Below are positions 46,971-57,358 of a stretch of 64,000 bases of DNA, in pieces (the stretch's first letter is position 1; each line of letters opens with the position of its first letter). The DNA lies in NCBI GenBank assembly GCA_023460535.1, contig JAEWPV010000006.1, positions 37,824 to 101,823 on the forward strand. Reading direction: 5' to 3'. Source of the stretch: Bacillota bacterium. GTDB lineage: Bacteria; Bacillota; Clostridia; Oscillospirales; Ruminococcaceae. The notes beneath the pieces were generated by a model. The model was not told the DNA's origin and did no database searches. It saw nothing but the letters and a program-made list of their open reading frames with translations. The translations under genes were made by a program, and so were the position numbers.

Positions 46971-48467
46971 ATGCAGCAAAAACGCTACCTCATCGCGCTG
47001 GATCAGGGAACCACCAGTTCGCGCGCCATTGTGTTTGACAAGCAGCAAAACATTATTAACATGGCGCAAAAGGAGTTTACCCAATACTACCCTAAACCCG
47101 GTTGGGTAGAGCACGACCCGCTTGAACTATACTCCTCTCAGTACAGCGTACTGGTCGAGGTGCTTGCAAAAAGCGGTATCGCACCGCAAGAGGTCGCCGC
47201 CATCGGCATCACCAATCAGCGCGAAACCACCGTCGTGTGGGATAAGGCAACCGGAAGACCCATTCACAACGCAATTGTATGGCAGTGCCGGCGAACCGCG
47301 CAGATGTGTAGCGAACTGATTCAAAAAGGTCTTGGCAGCTACATAAAAAAGAGCACCGGGCTAATGCCGGACGCGTATTTCAGTGCAACCAAGCTCGCAT
47401 GGCTGCTAAATGAGGTGCCCGACGCAAGAGCCCGCGCCCAGCGGGGCGAGCTTTTGTTCGGCACGGTGGATACCTGGCTGTTGTGGAAGCTGACGGGCGG
47501 CACTGTGCACGCCACCGACTTCACCAACGCATCCCGCACCATGATGTATAACATCCGCGAGCTGCAGTGGGATCAAACAATACTCGACGAACTGAACATA
47601 CCCGCTTGCATGCTGCCCGAGGTGCGCCGCTCCAGCGGGGTGTTCGGCTATGCAAACCTGCAGGGCTGCAACGTGCCCATCGCGGGGATAGCGGGCGACC
47701 AGCAGGCGGCACTGTTTGGGCAAACCTGCTTTGAATGCGGCGGCATCAAGAACACCTACGGTACCGGCTGCTTTATGCTGATGAATACGGGGGACACCCC
47801 CTACGAGAGCAAGCACGGCATGCTAACCACCATAGCCGCCAGCGCGGATGATACGATGCGCTACGCGATAGAGGGCAGCGTGTTTGTGGGCGGCGCGGTC
47901 ATCCAGTGGCTGCGCGACGAGCTTCGCTTGATTACCGAATCGGCCGACAGCGAGTACTTCGCGGGCAAAGTGCAGGATAACGGCGGCGTGTATGTTGTGC
48001 CCGCGTTTACCGGTTTGGGTGCGCCGCACTGGGATATGTACGCGCGCGGCGCCATCATGGGGCTTACCCGTGGAACCGGGCGAAACCACATTATCCGCGC
48101 GGCGCTCGAGTCGATTGCCTATCAAACACACGATTTGGTGGACGCCATATCCTCCGATACCGGCATAGAGATAACCGAGCTGCGCGTGGACGGCGGGGCA
48201 AGTGCCAATAGCTTTTTGATGCAGTTCCAGGCGGACATCATGAATAAAAGCATCCGTCGCCCAATGATTCGCGAGACCACGGCGCTGGGGGCGGCGTACC
48301 TTGCGGGACTTGCCGTTGGGCTGTGGAGGGATATCGAAGAGATTCGCCACAATTGGACGCTCGACCGTGTGTACACCCCAGAGATGGATGAAGCGACCCG
48401 CCTTAAGCTCCTTGCCGGATGGAGCCGTGCGGTAGAAAGAGCCAAGGCGTGGGAGCAACCCCTATGA
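46971..48467 (+). CDS. glpK: Glycerol kinase
   Basis: [47 protein letters not shown]. Confidence 0.97.
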   Translation: MQQKRYLIALDQGTTSSRAIVFDKQQNIINMAQKEFTQYYPKPGWVEHDPLELYSSQYSVLVEVLAKSGIAPQEVAAIGITNQRETTVVWDKATGRPIHNAIVWQCRRTAQMCSELIQKGLGSYIKKSTGLMPDAYFSATKLAWLLNEVPDARARAQRGELLFGTVDTWLLWKLTGGTVHATDFTNASRTMMYNIRELQWDQTILDELNIPACMLPEVRRSSGVFGYANLQGCNVPIAGIAGDQQAALFGQTCFECGGIKNTYGTGCFMLMNTGDTPYESKHGMLTTIAASADDTMRYAIEGSVFVGGAVIQWLRDELRLITESADSEYFAGKVQDNGGVYVVPAFTGLGAPHWDMYARGAIMGLTRGTGRNHIIRAALESIAYQTHDLVDAISSDTGIEITELRVDGGASANSFLMQFQADIMNKSIRRPMIRETTALGAAYLAGLAVGLWRDIEEIRHNWTLDRVYTPEMDEATRLKLLAGWSRAVERAKAWEQPL

Positions 48468-49054
48468 CCAAGAAGGGGATAGCAAGGCATTGTGCAAACG
48501 CAATTACCGTCGCGAGAATACTGCTGTGTATCGTCGCATTCGTTTTTCTTCACAGCAAAGCGGCGTTTTTTGCACTGTACCTGACAGCGGCCCTAACCGA
48601 CGCGTTAGACGGCTATGTGGCAAGAAAGCTTAATACCCAGAGTAATCTGGGCGCGCAGCTTGATTCAATAGCAGACATCTTTCTGTTTGCGTTGGCTCTG
48701 GCGGGATGGTGGATTTGGGCGAAAGAACCGTTTGTGCAGGCGGCACCCACAGTGGGGGCGGTGCTTGTTCTGCGGTTGGGCTCCATCGCCGTGGGTGCGG
48801 TGAGATACCGCTCTGTAATCTTTCTGCATACCCTGCTCAACAAGGCGGCGGGGCTTGTTATTGTAGCGGCGTTACCGCTATACGGGTTGGTGCAAAGTAG
48901 ATGGATTGTTTTTGTGACGCTTTTTTTATGCATCATCAGTGCCGCGGAGGAACTGTTCATTCTTATGTTGTCTAAAACCCGTCCGGACAGCAATATCAAG
49001 AGCTTGATTGCTTTATTCAAAACTTCGCATAGAAAAGTTGACGTAAGACGATAA
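48464..49054 (+). CDS. CDP-alcohol phosphatidyltransferase family protein
   Basis: ANAITVAR; signature [11 protein letters not shown]...[10 protein letters not shown]. Confidence 0.88.
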   Translation: MTKKGIARHCANAITVARILLCIVAFVFLHSKAAFFALYLTAALTDALDGYVARKLNTQSNLGAQLDSIADIFLFALALAGWWIWAKEPFVQAAPTVGAVLVLRLGSIAVGAVRYRSVIFLHTLLNKAAGLVIVAALPLYGLVQSRWIVFVTLFLCIISAAEELFILMLSKTRPDSNIKSLIALFKTSHRKVDVRR

Positions 49055-49066
49055 AGGAGAAGCGTG

Positions 49067-49525
49067 ATGGAGATTAAGAAACTAACCACTCAGGACATCC
49101 CCGCCAGCGTTGCTCTGCTCATGCGCGCGTACAACGGCGCGCCGTGGAACGAGCAGTGGTCGCCTGCACCCGCGCAGCGCTACCTTACTGAATACGCCGA
49201 GCATGCCCGCTTTGTCGGCTTTGCACTGTTTGAGGGAACACAGTTGGTGGGCGCCGCGTTTTGCCACGAAAAAACGTGGTGGACAGCCGACGAGTTGTTT
49301 GTGGATGAGTTCTTTATTGACCCCGTGTACCAACGTAAGGGCTACGGGCAGGCACTGCTCAAGCACATCGAGGGCTACATTCACACAAGGGGACTTGCAG
49401 GCTTTACTTTGCTGACAAACCGCTATATGCCCGCGCTTGAGTTTTACCGCAAATACGGCTTTACACACGCCGAGCATGTCGCGTTTTTATACAAGATGGT
49501 ACAGGGGCAGCCCGAGACACTTTAG
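49067..49525 (+). CDS. GNAT N-acetyltransferase
   Basis: 'APWNEQW', 'DEFFIDPVYQRKGYG', 'LLT..PA..FY.K.GF'. Confidence 0.87.
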   Translation: MEIKKLTTQDIPASVALLMRAYNGAPWNEQWSPAPAQRYLTEYAEHARFVGFALFEGTQLVGAAFCHEKTWWTADELFVDEFFIDPVYQRKGYGQALLKHIEGYIHTRGLAGFTLLTNRYMPALEFYRKYGFTHAEHVAFLYKMVQGQPETL

Positions 49526-49578
49526 TCGATTCATCCTCGTATGTGGCGCGGCAAACGCATTGTTCAAGAAAAAACCTC

Positions 49579-49606
49579 TTGACCTTGGCTGAAAAATTGA
49601 TATAAT
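49579..49606 (+). promoter_or_regulatory. tRNA promoter
   Basis: TTGACC-16 bp-TATAAT with extended -10 TG. Confidence 0.7.
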
Positions 49607-49643
49607 AGTTTGTGCGGGTCTAAAAAGCACCCGCACAAAACCC

Positions 49644-49719
49644 GCTAGTATGGCTCAGTTGGTAGAGCAGCGCATTCGTAATGCGCAGGTCGTCGGTTCG
49701 AGTCCGACTACTAGCTCCA
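49644..49719 (+). tRNA. tRNA-Thr (anticodon CGT)
   Basis: 76-nt cloverleaf: acceptor GCTAGTA/TACTAGC, D arm GCTCAGTTGGTAGAGC, anticodon arm GCGCA-TTCGTAA-TGCGC, GGTTCGAGTCC, encoded CCA. Confidence 0.97.
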
Positions 49720-49725
49720 CAGCAA

Positions 49726-49764
49726 CAAAGAGCGCCCTGCGATTGTTTCGCAGGGCGCTCTTTG
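49726..49764. terminator. Bidirectional terminator after the tRNA
   Basis: CAAAGAGCGCCCTGCGA/TCGCAGGGCGCTCTTTG. Confidence 0.85.
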
Positions 49765-49803
49765 TGTATTACACGAACTAAATCAGTCTCAAAAACGCAA
49801 CCT

Positions 49804-50562
49804 TTACCCCTGCGCGTACCCTTCGCCAAGCTCGGCGGGGGTGCACAGACCGTTGCGATACGCCTTATCCTTTAACGCCGCATACAGCTCTGCGTTTGTC
49901 GCCTCTACATAGGGGTTTACAAACAGAACGCCGATGCCGCAGGCAAGGGAGCCAAGAAGTATCCAGCCAAGGAACGAAAGATCAAGCACAAAGATGTCAA
50001 GCTTTTCACCCTTGGTCATCTGGTCGCTTAGCTCAATGGCGCGCGCCGCACCGATGTTCGGGTTGTCGGCTAGGATGTACGGCACCATGCGGTAGGCGTA
50101 GCCCTTGATAATACCGGGGATAATCAAAAGCAGCGTCCATAAAAACAGATACACGTCCCGAAGAAACATTGTCTTTACAGCGCCTGAATACGCGTTGTTT
50201 TGAAAACTTGAAAACAGCAGTGTGAAGCGCGAGACCTCGGCGCGGCTGCGAACATAATACCGCGTTTTACCCACTGAAATCGGGTTGGCCACAAAAACAG
50301 AATATGCGATACCCATCAGTGCGGCAACCGAGATAACGGAAACAATCACGCCAAGCCCGATGGCTGAAATAAAACTGTCAATCTGCGATGCAAAGCCGCT
50401 GTAGTTGCCGCTGGTCAGGTTCGTCACGGTTGTTCCGGCACCACCGCCGCCACTGCTACCGCCTACAAGAAAACCCGCCACAAGCGATACGGCAAAGGCC
50501 ATCCAATAGTTTGTGTTTAAAACCAGCTTTGCGTTTTGCTTTAAAAATGCTCTTTCCCACAT
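49804..50562 (-). CDS. DUF975 family membrane protein
   Basis: 'LWTLLLIIPGIIKGYAYRMVPYILADNP', 'S..MTKGEK', 'LSFLGW', 'PY...T.AELY'. Confidence 0.9.
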   Translation of the reverse strand: MWERAFLKQNAKLVLNTNYWMAFAVSLVAGFLVGGSSGGGGAGTTVTNLTSGNYSGFASQIDSFISAIGLGVIVSVISVAALMGIAYSVFVANPISVGKTRYYVRSRAEVSRFTLLFSSFQNNAYSGAVKTMFLRDVYLFLWTLLLIIPGIIKGYAYRMVPYILADNPNIGAARAIELSDQMTKGEKLDIFVLDLSFLGWILLGSLACGIGVLFVNPYVEATNAELYAALKDKAYRNGLCTPAELGEGYAQG

Positions 50563-50773
50563 AATCTTCACTCCTCAATCTCACTCAAACGGTGTACCTA
50601 TCAACATTGCTGAACAAACGCCCGCTGAAGACAAAATGATATACAGTAACAGCATCAACGTCGTATTAGAATATCACAGCAAACGGTGCCGCGGCAGAAA
50701 TACCCTATGTATGATACGGCAAACAGCAAGCTGTCATTATAATAACGATACAACAGCGAAATAATACTCAAAT

Positions 50774-51844
50774 TTATGAATACCCAAGCCCGCTTATCAC
50801 AATATTAAGGTATTTTTTATCAGCCAGCGAGATTACCGTGTTGCCGTGAACCAGTCTAACGGTGGGCCTTAGCGGCGCGGATTCCTCGTTTTTGGTCACG
50901 ACAGCAATCGCACCGTTGCTCAGGCGCACACAGGTTCCTACGGGGTAGGGGGCAACCTTTTTTACAAACGCGCTCACCACATTTTCGTCGAAATAGGTTC
51001 CGACTCCGCCCATGATGTACTCGCTTGCCTCAGAGGGCAGCCCGGGAGCGCGGTAGGGGCGGTGGGAGGTCAGCGCGTCATAAACATCCGCCACCGCTAG
51101 GATGCGTCCGGTCAACGGAATATGGTCTTCCTTAAGCCCTGCCGGGTACCCGGAGCCGTCCATGCGCTCGTGATGCGATAAAATCCCGTCAAAGATCGTT
51201 TCGGGTATATCAAACCGGTGCGGTAGAAGCTCCGCGCCGTACTGAGGGTGATTCTTTATAATCTGATATTCCTCCGCCGTAAGGCTAGAAGGCTTTTGGA
51301 TGATACTGGCGGGTATCATCAGCTTGCCTATGTCGTGCAGCATCGCGCCAAGGCCCACCTGGCGCAGGTACACATCATCCAGTCCAAGCCCAATAGCGAT
51401 GGACAAAGACACCACCCCGACGCTCAGGGAATGATGATAGGTGTAGTCGTCGTACATCTTCAAATCAAGGATATTAACAAGAAATTCGTCGTTGTTTTTT
51501 ATCTCATTAATCAGGGCGTCCACCGCAGAAGACAAACGGTCCAGCTGCTCCATAACCTGCTTGTCAAACGTACCTTTAAAGCTTAAAAAAAGCGACTTAA
51601 TCGTGCTGATGCACTCCGTTCGCAGCTCGTCCGGCAATCCGGAGCTGGGCACATCTTCCTCCTCTACGCCGTCGTCGATGTACAACCCCGAAAAGCCGAG
51701 GGTTCTAATTCTGTTCAGCGCGCCATCCGTAATGGTTTGTCCGCGGCGCAATAGCACAGAATGACCATACGCCGTGTCGTACATGCGCAGGTCCCTGGCA
51801 AGCTTCATGCCGCACTCCACATGGGAGGTTGGAAGGAAAATCAT
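50774..51844 (-). CDS. HD-GYP domain cyclic-dinucleotide phosphodiesterase
   Basis: YTYHHSLSV, LHDIGK, HHERMDGSGYP, ADVYDALTSHRPYR, YPVGT. Confidence 0.92.
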   Translation of the reverse strand: MIFLPTSHVECGMKLARDLRMYDTAYGHSVLLRRGQTITDGALNRIRTLGFSGLYIDDGVEEEDVPSSGLPDELRTECISTIKSLFLSFKGTFDKQVMEQLDRLSSAVDALINEIKNNDEFLVNILDLKMYDDYTYHHSLSVGVVSLSIAIGLGLDDVYLRQVGLGAMLHDIGKLMIPASIIQKPSSLTAEEYQIIKNHPQYGAELLPHRFDIPETIFDGILSHHERMDGSGYPAGLKEDHIPLTGRILAVADVYDALTSHRPYRAPGLPSEASEYIMGGVGTYFDENVVSAFVKKVAPYPVGTCVRLSNGAIAVVTKNEESAPLRPTVRLVHGNTVISLADKKYLNIVISGLGYS

Positions 51845-52553
51845 GTGTGCCGCTCCTTTCAGTAACAAAGTAGTGTGGAGGTATGGCTTACGAAATCAAT
51901 GTAAGTTGGTATAACGTATATAATAACATCAAAGGATTGGTCGCTTTTATAAGTGCAAACGTGTTTCTGATTACAATATGATACCATATCTATAGACAAA
52001 AAACCACCTTGTTTTTTCTTTGATTAACTTATTGGGCATATTGATGCAAATATCGATAAGAACTGGATTTGCCATAACAATAACTGGGGTTGTTGCCCCA
52101 ATATGATGGTCAAAAATGCAAAAGCTTTCATTTTTAGAACCGTAATTGAAGAGCGAGGCAAGCGATTTTGGGCGAATTCTGTCGGCGCGATAACCGACGC
52201 CATGGCGCAGATGAGTTACTTGCGCATCTGTTGAACGTGGTATCTATCTGATATATTGGGGTAAGCTGTGACAAGCCAATAAACATACTAGGAAAATATC
52301 GTCCAGTTCTGAGTTTCTCATTGCATTGCCTAATGCTGCAATTTATAATAAAGCTAGGGTATAGCCATTCCATTAACTCGAACCCCAATAATTGTGCGAT
52401 ATTACAAAGTATCTCAATCGGCATAAGTGACATACAAGGCGAGCGTTACCCCGCAAAGAGGTTAGAACATCGCCAATGCTGTCGCAAAACCGCACCGCAA
52501 TGCTTTTCGCTTCAATTAAGCGGCGCAGAAGTTTGAAAGGAAGGGTCTAATAC

Positions 52554-53582
52554 ATGAAAGCGTTACTTATCGGCGGAACCGGAACAATCAGCCTATCCAT
52601 CTCGCGGCTCTTAATCCAGCGCGGATGGGAACTGTATCTGCTTAATCGCGGTAAGCGCAGCATTGTCTTTCCCGGCGGCGCGATTCACCTTCAGGGGGAC
52701 ATTAACGACGAGTCCGCCATGGCGGATTTGCTTGCCCACGAGAAGTTTGATGTCGTCGCGGATTTTATTGCGTATACGCCCGAGCAAGTGGAGCGCGACT
52801 ATCGCCTGTTTAGCGGTAAAACAAAGCAGTATCTGTTTATCAGCTCTGCGTCGGCGTATCAAAAGCCGCCCGCGCACTACCTTATAACCGAAAGCACGCC
52901 CCTCGCAAACCCGTATTGGCAGTATTCGCGCGACAAGATTGCATGCGAAGAGCTGCTGTTGCGTCTCTACCGCGAGCAGGGCTTTCCGGTTACTATCGTG
53001 CGCCCGAGCCACACCTACGACGAACGCTCGATCCCCTTGGGCTTGCATGGCAAAAACGGCAGCTGGTCGGTTGTAAAGCGCATGCAGCAGGGCAAGCCGG
53101 TCGTCATCCACGGCGATGGAACCTCCCTGTGGACATTGACACACAGCATCGATTTTGCCAAGGGGTTTGTGGGGCTGATGGGTAACATCCACGCCCTCGG
53201 CGAGGCTGTCCAAATTACCTCGGACGAAACGGTAACATGGAATCAGATTTATTCCGTAATCGCGTCGGCACTGGGGGTGCCGCTTCGTGCCGTCCATGTT
53301 TCCACCGATTTCTTATGTGCCTGCGCCGGGGAGCAGTACGACCTGACCGGCTCCCTGCTGGGTGACAAATCAAACTCGGTGGTGTTTGACAACGCAAAGC
53401 TCAAACGCCTCGTACCCGGGTTTACAGCTACTATCCGCGTGGACGAAGGGCTTACCCAAGCGGTGCGGTATCTTGCCGACACCCCCGAGCTGCAGCACCC
53501 CGACCAAGAGTTTGACCTTTGGTGCGACCGCGTAATAGAGGCACAGCAAACGGCACTTGCTCATTTTCAAGCCAATGCTTGA
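52554..53582 (+). CDS. NAD-dependent epimerase/dehydratase (SDR) family protein
   Basis: GGTGTIS, FISSASAY, YSRDK, RPSHTY. Confidence 0.88.
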   Translation: MKALLIGGTGTISLSISRLLIQRGWELYLLNRGKRSIVFPGGAIHLQGDINDESAMADLLAHEKFDVVADFIAYTPEQVERDYRLFSGKTKQYLFISSASAYQKPPAHYLITESTPLANPYWQYSRDKIACEELLLRLYREQGFPVTIVRPSHTYDERSIPLGLHGKNGSWSVVKRMQQGKPVVIHGDGTSLWTLTHSIDFAKGFVGLMGNIHALGEAVQITSDETVTWNQIYSVIASALGVPLRAVHVSTDFLCACAGEQYDLTGSLLGDKSNSVVFDNAKLKRLVPGFTATIRVDEGLTQAVRYLADTPELQHPDQEFDLWCDRVIEAQQTALAHFQANA

Positions 53583-53604
53583 AGAAGACAGCTTTATGAT
53601 TTCA

Positions 53605-53653
53605 GTAAAAACATCCGCAACGGTGAGCGAATCATCGTTGCGGATGTTTTTAC
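53605..53653. terminator. Bidirectional terminator
   Basis: GTAAAAACATCCGCAACG/CGTTGCGGATGTTTTTAC. Confidence 0.85.
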
Positions 53654-53656
53654 CTT

Positions 53657-54883
53657 TTATTTTGCCCTGCGGCGAACGATTGCACCCTTTTTAACCGGGG
53701 TGGGGCAGGGCATAGAAAAAGGCATCATCGGGTGGGGCGTGCTCTCCAGCTCCTCGCCATTGGCGGAAACAAGGCGGGTTACGGTCAGGTCAAACGGTTT
53801 TGAGCGCGGCGCAAGCACCTCTACTTCCTCTCCCTTATACAGTTTGTTGCGCTGGATGCAGAACGCGGTGCCCTCCCGCCAGGTTTCTACGACGGCAACC
53901 ACATCATACTCGCGTACATATCCGCCTGTGTCATAATACTGCCCGTTATCCGGCTGCCCGAAAAAGAAGCCTGTCCCGTACTGGCGGTGGCTTACCTTTT
54001 GCACCTCGTCAATCAGCCACTGTTCGGTTTTGTAGTTGTGCGGGTCGGTTTTGTAGCCGTCCACCGCCATGCGGTAGGCACCTGTAATCACCGAAACATA
54101 GTAGTCACTCTTCGCCCGTCCCTCAATCTTCAGGCTGCAAACCCCTGCATCAACCAGCGCGGGGATATGCTCGATCATGCACAAATCCTTTGCGTTGAGG
54201 ATGTAGGTACCGCCGTCGTCTTCAAAGATGGGGTAATGCTCGTTTGGGCGCTTTTCCTCTGTTAAGGAGTACCGCCAGCGGCAGGGCTGGGCGCACTCAC
54301 CGCGGTTTGCGTCCCTGCCCGCGATGTAGGAGGAAAGCAGGCACCGCCCGGAAAAAGACACACACATTGCGCCGTGAACAAACACCTCCAGGTCAAGCTC
54401 AGGCGGTGTGTGGTCGCGGATGTATCGAATCTCCCGCAAACTCAGCTCACGCGCAAGTACCACACGCTTTGCGCCCAGGGCATACAGCTCGTTTGCCGCC
54501 AAATGGTTTACCACGCCTGCCTGGGTGGAGATATGCAGCTCCATATTTGGCATGCAGCGGCGCGCAAGCCCCAGCACCCCAATGTCGCTGACGATAACGG
54601 CGTCCACGCCCGAGTCCTTTACAAACGCAAAGTAATCCGCAAGACCCTCCGCTTCCTCACAGTGGGGAAGGGTGTTGCACGCCAGATACACCTTCGCCCC
54701 ATTGGCGTGGGCATACTGCACCCCCTGCAACAGTTCCTCTTCACCAAAGTTTGCCGAGGCGTTTCGCATAGAAAACGCCTTGCCGCCCACATAGACAGCG
54801 TCCGCACCAAAATCCACAGCGGCAATCAGGCGCGAAAGATCGCCTGCCGGCGCTAATACCTCAGGAAAGCGTTGATCTTCCAT
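53657..54883 (-). CDS. U32 family peptidase (TrhP-like tRNA hydroxylation protein)
   Basis: EVLAPAG, GADAVY, HISTQ, EVFVHGAMCVSFSGRC, NRGECAQPCRW, KIEGRAK. Confidence 0.92.
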   Translation of the reverse strand: MEDQRFPEVLAPAGDLSRLIAAVDFGADAVYVGGKAFSMRNASANFGEEELLQGVQYAHANGAKVYLACNTLPHCEEAEGLADYFAFVKDSGVDAVIVSDIGVLGLARRCMPNMELHISTQAGVVNHLAANELYALGAKRVVLARELSLREIRYIRDHTPPELDLEVFVHGAMCVSFSGRCLLSSYIAGRDANRGECAQPCRWRYSLTEEKRPNEHYPIFEDDGGTYILNAKDLCMIEHIPALVDAGVCSLKIEGRAKSDYYVSVITGAYRMAVDGYKTDPHNYKTEQWLIDEVQKVSHRQYGTGFFFGQPDNGQYYDTGGYVREYDVVAVVETWREGTAFCIQRNKLYKGEEVEVLAPRSKPFDLTVTRLVSANGEELESTPHPMMPFSMPCPTPVKKGAIVRRRAK

Positions 54884-54962
54884 GACCGGTTCCTCCGTTA
54901 CTCATAGTAAACGGGCGGCAAACGCCGCCCGTTCAATCGGTCGTTACTGTTCAATAATACTG

Positions 54963-56726
54963 TTAATCCTCGGTATGGGTCGTAACACCGCCGATTTCAT
55001 CACCCACCTGCTTAGCCTCTGCAAGGTTCGCCTCGTGCTTTGCAAGCGTCTCAGCAAAGTAATAGGCCATCTTCGCGTCGGTGAGGAAATAATAAAACGG
55101 GGTATCGTCCGGGTAAATAGCCGCCTTAATCGCATTGATGCCGGGGTTTGAAACCGGCCCAATCGGTAACCCGTCGCATTTGTAGGTGTTATACGCGCCC
55201 GCATACGCCTGCCGGTCCTCCTCGCTGTTTACAAACGGGAAGATGTTGTCGTTTACGTAGTTAATCGTTACGTCCGACTGCAGTTTTGGGAAGCTTTTCG
55301 GCTTATTCAGGCGGTTGTTGAATACACTCGACACATTATACATATCATCGAGCGTACGCCCCTCCTTTTGGATAATAGAGGCGAGAATAATCGCCTGATC
55401 CAACGTCATATCCATCTTGTTAATTCGATCGATTAAATCTGCTGTAATCTTTCTATTAAAGTTCTTTAAAAACTTATTCGCTACATTTTTTGGTGGTTCA
55501 TTCACATAAAAGTTGTACGTATCGGGGAACATGTACCCCTCCAGCTTCAGGTAGCGGTTGCCGCCGGTTGGGATTAGCTTCTCGAACTCATACCCAAAAT
55601 CAGTTGTGTTAAGCACGTTGATAAAATCCTCCGTGCTGCACACATTGTTTTCCTCCAGCTTGTTGGCAATCTCCAGTATCGTCATGCCTTCGATAAATGT
55701 AATAGTCACTTGCTGCCGTTCGTTGCGGGCAACCTGAATGACGTTGATAATCTCATCGTAAGACATATTGGAGTTAAGCATAAAGCTGCCGGTTAAAAAC
55801 ACATCGTCGTATTTGCGGTACTTGGAGTACAGCTGAAAGGTAAGCGGCTGCGAGATCATGCCGCTATCCTTTAAAATCGACGACACATCCTTCATGTCCG
55901 CATTCGCGGGGATGGTGACGGAAATTTCTTTATCGGGCTTAAACAGCCCCAGCACATCGCTCATCGACTGCAGTATAAAAATAGAAAGCAGCACAGACAC
56001 AAACAACACGCCGATGGTATAAACAATGCCGTTTGCAAGCCTTCCAAGGCTGCGCATTGTCTTTGTTCCGCGGGATGTCGTGGGGCGTTCGGCAGCAGCG
56101 GCAGGGGGAACATAATCAAACTCCTTGCCGGAAGCGGTTTGGCGCGGGCGCTTTGTGTCCGCTGTAGGCATTGCGTTGCGGGTAGCAGGCTGTGCCGGAC
56201 GGTTGCGGTTATCAAAATCCGGAATCGAATTGTAATCCTCATCCGCTATGTTGAGTTTAAACGGCTTGGCAGGTCTAGCAGGCGGCTGCGGTATATTGGA
56301 GTAATAGGATGCCTGCGGTTGCGACTGATCGCCGTAAATCTTCACGCCGTCTTCCTTTTGGGAAGCGCTCATCTGCCGCTCAATCGCCTGCCGGGGAATC
56401 ACGCGGGTCGGCTCGTTTACCGGCGAGCGGGGTTTTTGAGAGGATTCCTTCACATCAGGAGGAAGCTCCGAAAAGGAATTTGGCTGGTACACGGGTCTTT
56501 TGGGCGGTGCCACCGGATTGGAAGAAGGCGTCTGAGGCCGCGGCGGCATCTGCGGCTGCGGGCTGCTCGCCGCTTTCTTGTTGCCAGCGCCAAAGAACTC
56601 CTCGTCGGATTTTTCTATGTCAAACACACGCGGTTTGGGTCGCGCGTTTTCCGCCGCGCGCCTTGCCAGTTCCTCCGAGAGGTTGTTCCCCTCATGGTTC
56701 TCCTTATTTGGGTCATATGGAGTCAT
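54963..56726 (-). CDS. mltG: Endolytic transglycosylase MltG with a long disordered N-terminus
   Basis: TM helix, 'LEGYMFPDTY', 'ASIIQKE', 'VFNNRL', 'LQSD.T', 'YNTY...GLP.GP..NPG'. Confidence 0.9.
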   Translation of the reverse strand: MTPYDPNKENHEGNNLSEELARRAAENARPKPRVFDIEKSDEEFFGAGNKKAASSPQPQMPPRPQTPSSNPVAPPKRPVYQPNSFSELPPDVKESSQKPRSPVNEPTRVIPRQAIERQMSASQKEDGVKIYGDQSQPQASYYSNIPQPPARPAKPFKLNIADEDYNSIPDFDNRNRPAQPATRNAMPTADTKRPRQTASGKEFDYVPPAAAAERPTTSRGTKTMRSLGRLANGIVYTIGVLFVSVLLSIFILQSMSDVLGLFKPDKEISVTIPANADMKDVSSILKDSGMISQPLTFQLYSKYRKYDDVFLTGSFMLNSNMSYDEIINVIQVARNERQQVTITFIEGMTILEIANKLEENNVCSTEDFINVLNTTDFGYEFEKLIPTGGNRYLKLEGYMFPDTYNFYVNEPPKNVANKFLKNFNRKITADLIDRINKMDMTLDQAIILASIIQKEGRTLDDMYNVSSVFNNRLNKPKSFPKLQSDVTINYVNDNIFPFVNSEEDRQAYAGAYNTYKCDGLPIGPVSNPGINAIKAAIYPDDTPFYYFLTDAKMAYYFAETLAKHEANLAEAKQVGDEIGGVTTHTED

Positions 56727-56761
56727 TGTTGTTTCCTCCCTGCTCTATGGTTATCGCCGCA

Positions 56762-57358
56762 TCAGTTTTTTTGCATGCGGCAGTTTATGGTCTCTTGTTC
56801 TGTAACAAGCATGCTGCAGGGTACGTCAAAACGCCCTCGGTGCAGCCGGTGTAACACACAGCTGCGGTAGCACACGCCTATTATCGGTCCGGAGTAACGC
56901 GAAAGAAATCTATCGTAATAGCCTTTGCCGTAGCCCAGGCGAAAGCCCTGTTTGTCAAATGCAAGTCCGGGTATTATGCATACGCTGTTTTCTGTGCAGG
57001 TCAGCTTTTCGCACCGCTCGACAATCGGCTCCAGCACACCAAAGGTACGCCGGTGCAGGTCATCCAAAGAGCGGATAAGGTAAAAGCACATGTCGCGCGA
57101 GTTATCTATACAGTAGGGAACCGCAACTCGCTTACCGGTGGCAAACGCCCATTCAATTAAGGCAAGCGTATCAACCTCAATGGCGGTGGAAACATAGGTA
57201 AGCAAAAGGTCGGCGCTTTTCACCTGCCAAAGCTCCTTAAGACGACTGAGAATCTGCGCATCACACAGCGACTTGTGTTCGGCGGTCATACTGTGACGAA
57301 TCCCTTTATACCGGTTGCGCAGGTTTTGCTTATAAACTCTTATGTCAAATCGTTGCAT
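56762..57358 (-). CDS. 5-formyltetrahydrofolate cyclo-ligase
   Basis: K..LR, 'EVDT', 'FGVLEP', 'PGLAFD..G.RLGYGKGYYDRFL'. Confidence 0.93.
   Translation of the reverse strand: MQRFDIRVYKQNLRNRYKGIRHSMTAEHKSLCDAQILSRLKELWQVKSADLLLTYVSTAIEVDTLALIEWAFATGKRVAVPYCIDNSRDMCFYLIRSLDDLHRRTFGVLEPIVERCEKLTCTENSVCIIPGLAFDKQGFRLGYGKGYYDRFLSRYSGPIIGVCYRSCVLHRLHRGRFDVPCSMLVTEQETINCRMQKN

Noticed and set aside
49644..49764. tRNA-Thr as an island attachment site
   Set aside because: Followed directly by a terminator and a conserved membrane gene; no 3'-end duplicate or integrase seen
51845..52553. c-di-GMP riboswitch upstream of HD-GYP, and ORFs 52134-52433 and 52321-52536
   Set aside because: No GEMM consensus found by eye; the ORFs lack an RBS and recognisable features
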